A stretch of DNA of 64,000 nucleotides, taken from contig JBMFWF010000001.1 in assembly GCA_049965555.1 (NCBI GenBank), positions 64,001 through 128,000 on the forward strand. Reading direction: 5' to 3'. The translations under genes were made by a program, and so were the position numbers. The first letter of the stretch is position 1, and every line of letters begins with the position of its first letter. The stretch comes from Candidatus Parvarchaeum sp. (GTDB taxonomy: Archaea > Nanobdellota > Nanobdellia > Parvarchaeales > Parvarchaeaceae). Under the pieces are notes generated by a model. That model was given only the letters and a program-made list of their open reading frames with translations. It was not told where the DNA came from and did no database searches. Positions 50,887 to 59,333 of the stretch are shown one piece after another.

Positions 50887-50962
50887 GAAAAATTTATAAA
50901 GGATATATATCTCTAAAAAGTAAAGCGCTGGGGCAGAGGCGCGGAACAAAACCAAGGAGGTT
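50887..50962 (+). promoter_or_regulatory. BRE/TATA promoter, 5' GC hairpin and Shine-Dalgarno of the acidic microprotein gene
   Basis: GAAAAA-TTTATAAA (50887-50900), GCGCT-N8-GGCGC hairpin (50925-50942), AAGGAGGT just upstream of ATG 50966. Confidence 0.65.
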
Positions 50963-50965
50963 AAT

Positions 50966-51091
50966 ATGGCCAAAAAGAACAAGGTAGAAGACGACGATGA
51001 AATCATCGAAGAAGACGAACTAGATGGATTGGACGACGAAGATTTAGAGGATGACGATTTAGATGATTCAGACGAAATAGATGAAGAATGA
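50966..51091 (+). CDS. Hyperacidic 41-aa microprotein (not in ORF track)
   Basis: MAKKNKVEDDDEIIEEDELDGLDDEDLEDDDLDDSDEIDEE; strong RBS and promoter. Confidence 0.75.
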   Translation: MAKKNKVEDDDEIIEEDELDGLDDEDLEDDDLDDSDEIDEE

Positions 51092-51100
51092 ATAAAACAA

Positions 51101-51128
51101 AATAAAAGACGTTTTTATATTTTTTATT
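51101..51128. terminator. Probable bidirectional A/T-tract terminator
   Basis: aataaaagacgtttttatattttttatt between convergent genes. Confidence 0.4.
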
Positions 51129-51625
51129 TAATTTAATTTTCTAAGCACAAGAACAAGATTTTCATTTGCAAACTCTTCCGATATTATGCTCTGCTTTTTA
51201 TCCCTTCTTACGATTTTCAAGTAAAGCTTGTCGCCGTTTTTTGCCCTTATTTCTATTGAGTTTTCCATCTTTTTTATGTCAATGTCATTTCTGTTTCTTA
51301 CGCCAGGAAGAGAAATAGCATGTATGACCGTATCCCCGTGCTTTGATATTAGATCTTGAGGTTCTATTATTTCCTTAGCGGAAAATGGCTGTCTTGTACT
51401 GCTTTCGTGCCTTTCCTGGCTTTCATGCTGCTTTTCAGTGAATATGGAACCATTGAAAACCCCGTTTAAAACCTGAGGTATCAGCTCATTTACCATTTTT
51501 GTAACATCTATGTTCAAACCGCTTATGTTTATTCCCTGTGTCCTAAGAGGTCTGCCACACTGCGGACAGAAGCTCCATTCCTTTTCGATAGGCATTCCGC
51601 AAAATAGACATTTTTTCTTCTGCAT
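51128..51625 (-). CDS. Zinc-ribbon protein with C-terminal Hsp20/alpha-crystallin-like domain
   Basis: CLFCG...FCPQCG; C-terminal I.LPGV....DI.I....NSIEIRA...Y.K. Confidence 0.75.
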   Translation of the reverse strand: MQKKKCLFCGMPIEKEWSFCPQCGRPLRTQGINISGLNIDVTKMVNELIPQVLNGVFNGSIFTEKQHESQERHESSTRQPFSAKEIIEPQDLISKHGDTVIHAISLPGVRNRNDIDIKKMENSIEIRAKNGDKLYLKIVRRDKKQSIISEEFANENLVLVLRKLN

Positions 51626-51711
51626 AATTTATTCTTCTGTATATGATTGAATATATAATTTGCTGTACATTGCAGGAAAAGGTTAAATTAAGGAAGAATC
51701 TAATAAAATAT

Positions 51712-51933
51712 ATGATAAAATCGCTGTTTTTGATAGGATTGATAATCTTCCTTATAGGAGGAATATCTTTTTTAGGTTTAAATATCCATGTGATAAGCAA
51801 GTACATCAATGAGATACTGTCGTTTATACCATTGCAGCAGGAGTATACCTCCATAATCTTTGTAGTAGTAGGATTGATAATTATGGGATTGAGCTTTTAC
51901 TCCAAGATGGGTAAATACTACAAATATTATTGA
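51712..51933 (+). CDS. Small membrane protein (2 TM)
   Basis: MIKSLFLIGLIIFLIGG... two hydrophobic helices. Confidence 0.65.
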   Translation: MIKSLFLIGLIIFLIGGISFLGLNIHVISKYINEILSFIPLQQEYTSIIFVVVGLIIMGLSFYSKMGKYYKYY

Positions 51934-51934
51934 C

Positions 51935-52150
51935 ATGGGATTTGCCGGGACAAGCATAACTAATGAAGATGCAGAGGAGATATTGACTTCGCTCGTTAAG
52001 GCTTACTCTGCGATACCGCCTGTACTTAAAGCTTACATACCTCCATTAGACAGAATATTGAAGGTTCTGCCGGATACTGTTAGGAAGTACTCTGTAGAAG
52101 ATATAATACAGCTTTTAGATTGGGCTGCGAAGAACGAGATAGTTATTTAA
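51935..52150 (+). CDS. Hypothetical protein
   Basis: 71-aa ORF starting 1 nt after the upstream stop. Confidence 0.65.
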   Translation: MGFAGTSITNEDAEEILTSLVKAYSAIPPVLKAYIPPLDRILKVLPDTVRKYSVEDIIQLLDWAAKNEIVI

Positions 52151-52192
52151 ACGTGAATTCTAAAATAGCTATTTTAAGGTAAAAAAGAAATT

Positions 52193-52291
52193 ATGAGTAT
52201 AGAAGTGTTATCCGAATACATAAGAGATAGTTTTGCCTTCTTTAATGGCTTTTGGCTATTTAGCAATTTGTACACCCTTTACCCTTTATAA
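52193..52291 (+). other. Short upstream ORF encoding the probable N-terminal membrane segment of the GT2 gene (out of frame by -1)
   Basis: MSIEVLSEYIRDSFAFFNGFWLFSNLYTLYPL*; the -1 frame from 52282 runs without a stop into ATG 52300. Confidence 0.55.
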
Positions 52292-52299
52292 AAGGAAAA

Positions 52300-53475
52300 A
52301 TGAATGAAAAAGAGGAAGAAGGCATGCTTACGGATGGGCCCAGCATATCCGTCCTTATTCCTGCCTACAAGGAAGAGAATGTCATAATAAAGAATGTTAA
52401 CAGAATCGAAAAGACAGATTACAGTAAACTTGAGATTATACTTATAACAGAAAAGAGTGATTTTAAAACTGACAGGATGTCTGAATACTTATCAAAAAAA
52501 TACGGAAACGTAAAACATGTTTCATTGGAAGAAAATGAAAAAAGAGGAAAACCACGTGCATTAAATGAAGGATTAAAGCATGCAAGCAGTGATTTAATAG
52601 GAGTATTGGACTCTGAAGATTACATAGATAAAGACCTATTCAAAAAAATTGCTTACAAATTTTCAAAATACAATTATGATGCCATACAAGGGAAACTTAG
52701 CCTTAAAGAATCACATGATAAGTGGCTTGATCACCAATTCGCAGCGGAATATAGATATTGGTATGAACATTACATGAAAAAAGTAAGCCAATCAAGTTAC
52801 ATATTGCCTTTTGGTGGAACAACCAATTTCTTCAAAAAAACAGTACTTGAAGAATTGAATGGTTGGGAGAATGGAAACCTTACAGAAGACTATGAACTGG
52901 CGATAAGAATGTACAGCAAGCAAAAGACTGGAAGGAAGTATAAGGTAGGATACATAGATGTTGTTACCACGGAAGAAACTCCAAAGGATATCAAGAGCTG
53001 GATTAAGCAAAGAACCAGATGGTCCCAGGGAAAGCTAGACACTTCGTTGGAATACATGAAAAAAAAGGATTTGAGTATAAAAAACAAGGCCAAGATTCTA
53101 GCTACGGGGTTAAGTTCCTTTATAGGTACAGTAAACCTTGCAGGGTTAGGTATAAGCGCATACATGTATGCAAGCGGAACAAGCATGGGTTATTTTGCTG
53201 ACATTGCTTACTTGAACCTTTCTTTTATAGGTGCTTACTGCTATTTGCAAGGCAAATCTTACTATGAGATACTTAATGAGAAAAATGAGAAGCATAAATA
53301 CCTAAAATCTGCGTTTATAGGGATAACTACACCTTTTTATTGGGCACTCCAATGGGCAGCTAACACCTTAGCCTTGGGAAGAGAAATAAAAAGAAAAAAG
53401 AACTGGGAGAAGACTCTGCATTTAGGAACTGCGTTCAAAACTGAGAATGAAGAAGGAAGGCAAATACAACGATAG
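52300..53475 (+). CDS. Processive-type GT2 glycosyltransferase (cellulose synthase/PgaC-like)
   Basis: IPAYKE, GKPRALN, DSED, GGT, LTED, QRTRW (QxxRW), C-terminal TMs. Confidence 0.9.
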   Translation: MNEKEEEGMLTDGPSISVLIPAYKEENVIIKNVNRIEKTDYSKLEIILITEKSDFKTDRMSEYLSKKYGNVKHVSLEENEKRGKPRALNEGLKHASSDLIGVLDSEDYIDKDLFKKIAYKFSKYNYDAIQGKLSLKESHDKWLDHQFAAEYRYWYEHYMKKVSQSSYILPFGGTTNFFKKTVLEELNGWENGNLTEDYELAIRMYSKQKTGRKYKVGYIDVVTTEETPKDIKSWIKQRTRWSQGKLDTSLEYMKKKDLSIKNKAKILATGLSSFIGTVNLAGLGISAYMYASGTSMGYFADIAYLNLSFIGAYCYLQGKSYYEILNEKNEKHKYLKSAFIGITTPFYWALQWAANTLALGREIKRKKNWEKTLHLGTAFKTENEEGRQIQR

Positions 53476-53508
53476 GTTTAAATTCAGATATGTATTCTAT
53501 TTAAAGAT

Positions 53509-53919
53509 ATGATAATTGACGGAAAAGATTCTGTATTGGGAAGGTTGGCGACCTTTGCTGCAAAATCGGCATTGGAGGGAGAGACAGTTGATATTGTAAA
53601 TGCTAAAGACATCGTCATAGTCGGAAACAAAAATAATATACTAAAAAAATACCTTGAAAGAAGGAGGATAGGCACGATGTCAAAAGGGCCATTCTTTCCA
53701 AGAGACACTAAAGGGATAGTTAGACGGGCTCTTAGAGGCATGATAAGAAACAAGAGATACCATGGAAGAGAAGCATTCAAAAGGATAAAGGTTTATGAAT
53801 CCGTTCCGGAAGAATTAAAAGACAAGGAAATGATTAATATAGCAAAAGTAAGAATGGACAAGCCAATACACAAGGTTAAAATAGGAGAGCTTGCAAATAT
53901 ACTTAAACAGGTAAAGTAA
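53509..53919 (+). CDS. rpl13: 50S ribosomal protein L13
   Basis: IDG...LGRLA...AK..L.G, GPFFPR, RGM. Confidence 0.96.
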   Translation: MIIDGKDSVLGRLATFAAKSALEGETVDIVNAKDIVIVGNKNNILKKYLERRRIGTMSKGPFFPRDTKGIVRRALRGMIRNKRYHGREAFKRIKVYESVPEELKDKEMINIAKVRMDKPIHKVKIGELANILKQVK

Positions 53920-53920
53920 A

Positions 53921-54316
53921 ATGAAAAAGAACGCAATAATAGTAGCAAAGAGAAAAACGGCCGTTGCAAACGCCGTAATAAAAGAAGGCAGTGGAAACGT
54001 ATTCATAAACGGAAAATCATTGCATTCATTTAACGACAAGCTTTTCAGAAGGATAGCATCAGAGCCGATTGAATTATCCGATGGCCTTTACAAAAAATAT
54101 GATATAGCAATAACAATAAGCGGCGGCGGCCACGTTGCAAGAGCCCAGACAGTAAGATCTGCAATTGCAAAAAGCCTCGTTAAAAAGGAGAAAGGGCTAA
54201 GGAAAAAATTCATAGAATATGACAGAACGCTTTTAGTAGACGATAAAAGGCAGACTGAGGCGCAGAAACCGTACAGAAGTGCAGCAAGGGCGCTCAAACA
54301 GACAAGCTACAGATGA
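53921..54316 (+). CDS. rps9: 30S ribosomal protein S9
   Basis: KRKTAVA, GGG..A.A, YDRTLLV.D.R, Q.SYR. Confidence 0.96.
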   Translation: MKKNAIIVAKRKTAVANAVIKEGSGNVFINGKSLHSFNDKLFRRIASEPIELSDGLYKKYDIAITISGGGHVARAQTVRSAIAKSLVKKEKGLRKKFIEYDRTLLVDDKRQTEAQKPYRSAARALKQTSYR

Positions 54317-54356
54317 GCTTAAAGCCTTAAATATACCTTATTTTCTAGATATCTCA

Positions 54357-54920
54357 ATGGAAAGCTTGTATAATTTTATAAAAAAGCAGAGCAAGCTTGA
54401 ATTGCTTTCCGAGCAGATTGAAGAAGGCAATTATAAAAAAGCTCAGAAAACCTTAAATGAAATAATCTTAGAGCGTACAGTTTATATGGGCGCACAGAAG
54501 AGGGATAATGTTAAAAATGAGATAGACCATGCCATGAAGGTATATATCGCTGGCCCTTATACTCAGAATGATACGGACTTACATGATGCCGCAAGGATCG
54601 CACATGAGAACACCGTAAATGCAATAGACTTCGGGATAGATGTGATAAACAAAGGACACCTTCCTTATATACCACACTTGTCTCACTTCATACACTTGTA
54701 CGGCAAGGAAAGACTTTCATATGAGTATTACACAAAGGTAGATATTGAATGGCTAAAAGACTGTGATGCAATACTTTATTATCACCCTAAAATAGGGGAT
54801 TCAAAGGGTGCTGACAATGAGCTTAAAGTTGCAATAAATAGCGAAAAAACCGTATTTTTCAGCCCATACGAAATTCCGCAGTATACTCCGAAAGAAAGGC
54901 AAAGCACTAGCGAAAAATGA
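54357..54920 (+). CDS. DUF4406/DUF1937-like (nucleoside 2-deoxyribosyltransferase fold) protein with N-terminal helical extension
   Basis: KVYIAGPYT, G..P.IPH, WL..CDAI, SKGA..E. Confidence 0.78.
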   Translation: MESLYNFIKKQSKLELLSEQIEEGNYKKAQKTLNEIILERTVYMGAQKRDNVKNEIDHAMKVYIAGPYTQNDTDLHDAARIAHENTVNAIDFGIDVINKGHLPYIPHLSHFIHLYGKERLSYEYYTKVDIEWLKDCDAILYYHPKIGDSKGADNELKVAINSEKTVFFSPYEIPQYTPKERQSTSEK

Positions 54921-55372
54921 AAACCCAACAACTAGTAGAATTCTTTAAGACGAAAGGACTGTTTCTAGACTATATACAAACTGAGAAAAGCACAGCAAGC
55001 TCCCAGGAGGCAGCTTCAGTTGTGGGCTGTTCCATATCAAAGATAGCAAAATCAGTAGTGTTCGAAGGCAATAACAATGCGATACTTGTTCTGCTGGAAG
55101 GAGATAAAAAGGTTGACATTGAAAAACTGGAAAAAGTGGTGAATTTTAATGTTAAAAAAGCTTCTCCCTTTTTTATACTACAAAAAACTGGTTTTGAAGC
55201 AGGAGGCGTAGCTCCAATGCCAAATGAGAACACGGAAATATATATAGATAAAGGCGTAATGGATCATGAATTCGTATGGGTATCGGCAGGCTCAAAAAAA
55301 GAGGTAATCAAACTGCAGACAAAAGGGCTAGAAAACGCATTGAACGCCGAAATCATTTCCGTTTCCTTGTGA
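54917..55372 (+). CDS. YbaK/ProX aminoacyl-tRNA deacylase family
   Basis: IAKSVV (catalytic Lys), TGFEAGGVAP, SAGS. Confidence 0.9.
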   Translation: MKTQQLVEFFKTKGLFLDYIQTEKSTASSQEAASVVGCSISKIAKSVVFEGNNNAILVLLEGDKKVDIEKLEKVVNFNVKKASPFFILQKTGFEAGGVAPMPNENTEIYIDKGVMDHEFVWVSAGSKKEVIKLQTKGLENALNAEIISVSL

Positions 55373-55778
55373 AAATTGAAAAGACAAACAGAAGAAAGGC
55401 AAAAACGATAAAGACTAAATCGACATAAAGATTTATCGGTTGATAGTAATTGCTGAGATTATAGTACTGCCCTATACTTATCAAAAAGTTAGCTTCATCG
55501 GATATAAGGCCCACACCAAAACCGAAGGCAAATGCTGTAATGCACATTGCTGTATTATTTCTTCTGAGTTGTTCATCAAGCGCAAAAAAAACTATGCCGC
55601 TGACTATTACAAGTATTATGCCCAAAAAGATATGGTGAAACTTTATTCCATCATATCCCAATCCTAAATTTCCTCCGAGATAAACATACAGCCTAGCAAT
55701 TATTATTGCAGATGCTACTCCCAAAAGAAGGTAGAGCGACGGCTGTTCTATCATTTTTTCCCGTGAGATTTTCGCCAT
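55353..55778 (-). CDS. Membrane protein (4 TM; HH...G and G.GL..DE motifs)
   Basis: FHHIFLG, GFGVGLISDE. Confidence 0.75.
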   Translation of the reverse strand: MAKISREKMIEQPSLYLLLGVASAIIIARLYVYLGGNLGLGYDGIKFHHIFLGIILVIVSGIVFFALDEQLRRNNTAMCITAFAFGFGVGLISDEANFLISIGQYYNLSNYYQPINLYVDLVFIVFAFLLFVFSIFTRKRK

Positions 55779-55824
55779 AAATTTAATATTATTAATATTA
55801 ACAAGTGCTATTTATAAAGAGTAC

Positions 55825-55896
55825 GGGCCGGTGGTCTAATGGCATGACGTCACGTTCGCATCGTGAAGGCTCCGAGTTCAAATCTCGGCCGGTCCA
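55825..55896 (+). tRNA. tRNA-Ala(CGC)
   Basis: GGGCCGG/CCGGTCC with G3:U70; TCACG-TTCGCAT-CGTGA anticodon arm; upstream TTTATAAA. Confidence 0.95.
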
Positions 55897-55911
55897 TATC
55901 ACAAGAATTAT

Positions 55912-56925
55912 CTAAAGAAAAACCTTTTGATGGTTTCCTTTTCCCCAAATCAGCTTGTTGGTGAAGAAAAGGGAGACCGCTGAAACAACAACTATTGAAA
56001 ACGTCGATATTATTGAAAAATCCGTCCTCCCCAACGAAATCAGGTACCTAGAGATGACACTTATCATAAGTATATCGAATGCGACTACTGCTAATATAAA
56101 GGCATTAAACTTTCCAAAACGATATGCAGAGCTTAGAAAACCCTTGTTCCTGAAGTTTATCTTCTCATTAACAATAAAATTCGAAAGCCCGCTTATTTCT
56201 CCGCCTATTAAAACCGCTAAGGGGTAGAAAAACCCCAGGCTTAGGCTTGTATAAACCATAAACAGGTTTACTAAGTAAGAAAGAGAAGAGATTAAACTGT
56301 AATTTATTGAAGTTTTGTTGAAGCTCCTTATTATTGATTCCCCCATCTCTGCCAAATTGATCCTTTTATTGTCCTTTCCATACTCTTCTCTTATTATTTC
56401 AGTAGTTGGTATACCATGGGCATTAAGAACATTTATAGACTCGACAAGGAATGACTTGCCGTTGAGCTTTGTGTCTCTTAGAAGCAAAGCGGCCTCTCTT
56501 GTAAGTATCCTATTGAAAGAGAAATTATTGTAAGAATTACCAAATGACAATAGATTTGAAACCTCAGTTACAAGCATCTCCCTAAAGTTCCTTTTCCCGC
56601 TTTCAATCAAGTTTCCACCGTTTAGATAATCTATAAACCATGCCGCATTTTCTTTTGAGTAGTCTTCAAATGTGACTATCTTTTCAGCGCCGAGGTTCAA
56701 AGCTGCTGACAAACCCATGCGAAAGCTTTCTCCAAAAAGGTGGGTATGGGCAAACTTAACAATTATGAGATTTTCCCACCTGCTCTCGTCCTCCTCTACT
56801 GAATCGAGCAGAACCATGGATTGCTTGTTTACCGCTGCGTTCAACCTATCCAAAAACTGCTTTCTCTGTGCGCTTTTTTGGCCTACGAATGCAGGCAAAA
56901 GAAATGCTATGCTCGGACTGTTCAT
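55912..56925 (-). CDS. Degenerate GT2 (DPM-synthase-like) domain fused to a GtrA-like membrane domain
   Basis: LLPAF start, FG.SFR.G...A; C-terminal 4 TM with SNFIVNEKINF and FFTNKLIW (GtrA pattern). Confidence 0.65.
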   Translation of the reverse strand: MNSPSIAFLLPAFVGQKSAQRKQFLDRLNAAVNKQSMVLLDSVEEDESRWENLIIVKFAHTHLFGESFRMGLSAALNLGAEKIVTFEDYSKENAAWFIDYLNGGNLIESGKRNFREMLVTEVSNLLSFGNSYNNFSFNRILTREAALLLRDTKLNGKSFLVESINVLNAHGIPTTEIIREEYGKDNKRINLAEMGESIIRSFNKTSINYSLISSLSYLVNLFMVYTSLSLGFFYPLAVLIGGEISGLSNFIVNEKINFRNKGFLSSAYRFGKFNAFILAVVAFDILMISVISRYLISLGRTDFSIISTFSIVVVSAVSLFFTNKLIWGKGNHQKVFL

Positions 56926-56999
56926 TAATAAATAAACACAGCACCTCATATTTAAGCTTAATTTTCTACCTTTGAAAGGTAACTTGTTCTGGCTTATCG

Positions 57000-57992
57000 T
57001 TAAATATCTGTAAATTTTACAAGAATTCCCCCAAATGAATTTAATTGACTCAGTGACTCATCAGTTTCATCGAATAAAACGATCTCACAGCCCCTGCTAT
57101 CAAGCTTTTCAACAATTTCTTTATTATTAAGTATATATTCCTTCGATATTATGGCCTGCTGCGGATTCCTTTCATTCAATGCCCTTGCTATCTCTTCTGA
57201 TCCATAAACATAATGCTTATCATTTTTTGATATGCCTGAAAGGTACTCGTTGATCAACTGCCTTTGTATTGAAAGCCTGGCCTTATTCAATGCTTCATTT
57301 ATACTGTTTCTTGACAAAAGCTCTTTCAAACCGGTATCAGCATATGAAACCGTTTCGTATGTTATGTTCTTATCCTTAAGATAGTTCTTCCTCAAGTCCT
57401 CGTTATCCATTGCCTTCCCTGCTACTATAAAGGCATTATATCCTTTTTCATATTCTTCAGAAAGAAGCACTGAAAGCTTTGTGAAAAACTCTTTCCTGCT
57501 CTCATTTTTGAACATCTTGCCGCTTACTGCCTTTGAAAAATCCATCTTCCTCTTTATTCTGTAATTTGACATTACATAAAAGAAGGCCATGCCCTCCTCA
57601 TAAACGCAGATGAATACCTTTGGCGAGGTTTCCGCAGCTTGCTTGAGAAGCTTGACCTGAAAATGCAAAAGCCTGTTTTTTTTAAGTATAAAGCCTGTTC
57701 CTCTCTTTATCTGAATTGTGTGGTATCTGTGCAGTGGAACATTTTCATCCGAGGAGTAGGTAATGCGGCCGCCTATGTCTAACGAAGTTTCTGTCAGCTT
57801 TATCTTTTCTATTATCACAGTTATCTTTATAGTCTTTATTTCCTGCGACTTACCGACTACTACCTTTCTTCTAGAATAAGCAGTTATTTCATCTCCATTT
57901 TCACATATATATTGTAGGAAGACAAGGTCGCTGTATGACTTGACTATTGCCTTTACTGTATTATTTTTACTGTCGAGCTTAGTGATTTTCAT
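57000..57992 (-). CDS. pelA: Pelota (Dom34) ribosome rescue factor
   Basis: DL..L...GD, G.I...YHT, GLKELL, YG..E, QL..FGGI. Confidence 0.9.
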   Translation of the reverse strand: MKITKLDSKNNTVKAIVKSYSDLVFLQYICENGDEITAYSRRKVVVGKSQEIKTIKITVIIEKIKLTETSLDIGGRITYSSDENVPLHRYHTIQIKRGTGFILKKNRLLHFQVKLLKQAAETSPKVFICVYEEGMAFFYVMSNYRIKRKMDFSKAVSGKMFKNESRKEFFTKLSVLLSEEYEKGYNAFIVAGKAMDNEDLRKNYLKDKNITYETVSYADTGLKELLSRNSINEALNKARLSIQRQLINEYLSGISKNDKHYVYGSEEIARALNERNPQQAIISKEYILNNKEIVEKLDSRGCEIVLFDETDESLSQLNSFGGILVKFTDI

Positions 57993-59098
57993 ATTATTGA
58001 ATAGATGGTGTATACCAAGCCTAAAAGCATGACTATAAATGTAAATACTATTAGGTATATCCCGCCAGGCACAAGGTATTTGATGCTCTTTTTCGACTTT
58101 CTTTTCCTTTCAATGAAAACTGCAAATAAGATCATCATAGCAAGCAAGGAAATGAATATCCCTCCGGTAATGTCAAGTATGCTTTCAAAATTGAAGCCGA
58201 AGAATGCTATCGCGAAAGGGGCCGCCAATGAAAGGAACATGCTCGGCTTTCTTGCAATTCCAAAATCATATGTGAATGAATCTGCAAGTACAAGACTAAG
58301 TGCTATATAAGGAGTCAATAAAAGAAACAAAGTAGTTAAAGAAAACAGTAATTCATAGTAGATTGAATGTATCCCGTCAGTTGCTACTGTCGATACTGAA
58401 TTGCCAAATGCTCCTACAAAGGCGAAAGAGAAAAAAACGTAAAGCAGTATGGAGATGATATAAGAGAGGACTATCACACTTGTCAGTTTCTTTATGCCAC
58501 CAAGCTCTTCCTTTACTTCAGGTATTACAGTATAACCTGTAAAGGAGAAAAGGATTATGCCAAATGGCCCGAAAAGATTCGTTATGTTGTATGAATAGAA
58601 GTTTGCGTCCTTGACTATTGTAAGAACGGAAACTGCAGCTGCAACTATAAGAGCAATCTTTATGAAAAGCAGCGGTGTTTCCGCATCCTCCACCAATTTG
58701 TAACCTTTATATATCAATGGCAATGTAAGCAAAAACACTAATAAGACGGAGACTGCATATGAAAGATGAAAAAGGAATACCATCACAAAGGCTATGCCTG
58801 TAAGATACGCTATCTGCGCTCCATAAATCGTTAAAACCTGAAAGATTAGGATTAAAATTCTCAAATTTTTTCCGGTGTATTTACTTATTATTATAGGCAA
58901 TTGGTGCAGCTTTTTAAAATGACTTGAAAGCTCACCAGTATACATTGTTATCAATATAGAAGCAAAGCCTACCAGTATAAGAAGTGCTATGCCCTCAAAA
59001 AACCCGCTTTTCTCTATTGCATAAGGCAAAGCAAGTATTCCTCCTCCCACTATCGTTCCAACTGTAGTGCTTAATGCAGCAAGATACTTCATGTCCAT
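57989..59098 (-). CDS. Amino acid permease (ArAAP/AAAP family)
   Basis: GTIVGGGILALPYA, YGAQIAY, FSFTGY.VIPE; ~11 TM. Confidence 0.9.
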   Translation of the reverse strand: MDMKYLAALSTTVGTIVGGGILALPYAIEKSGFFEGIALLILVGFASILITMYTGELSSHFKKLHQLPIIISKYTGKNLRILILIFQVLTIYGAQIAYLTGIAFVMVFLFHLSYAVSVLLVFLLTLPLIYKGYKLVEDAETPLLFIKIALIVAAAVSVLTIVKDANFYSYNITNLFGPFGIILFSFTGYTVIPEVKEELGGIKKLTSVIVLSYIISILLYVFFSFAFVGAFGNSVSTVATDGIHSIYYELLFSLTTLFLLLTPYIALSLVLADSFTYDFGIARKPSMFLSLAAPFAIAFFGFNFESILDITGGIFISLLAMMILFAVFIERKRKSKKSIKYLVPGGIYLIVFTFIVMLLGLVYTIYSII

Positions 59099-59189
59099 AG
59101 GATAGTTAGCAGCTTAAGGCTAATATATTTGGTGTTTGCTGGTTAAAGCTGTAATTTATTAATACAAGCGCTTTAATACTATTTATGCT

Positions 59190-59262
59190 GCTCTCGTAGT
59201 CTAGCGGCCAAGGACAGTGGCCTCTCGAGTCACTGACCCGGGTTCAAATCCCGGCGGGAGCA
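59190..59262 (+). tRNA. tRNA-Glu(CTC)
   Basis: GCTCTCG/CGGGAGC acceptor; GTGGC-CTCTCGA-GTCAC anticodon arm; GGTTCAAATCC. Confidence 0.95.
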
Positions 59263-59333
59263 ATTTTAATAAACAACGCCTATTTTAGTAGCGAAATAAA
59301 AACATTTTTATCTTCTGTTATTATTATGTTGCT

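Noticed and set aside
17929-59262. Intron-containing, split or permuted tRNAs
   Set aside because: All five tRNAs fold as contiguous 72-74 nt cloverleaves with no BHB introns.
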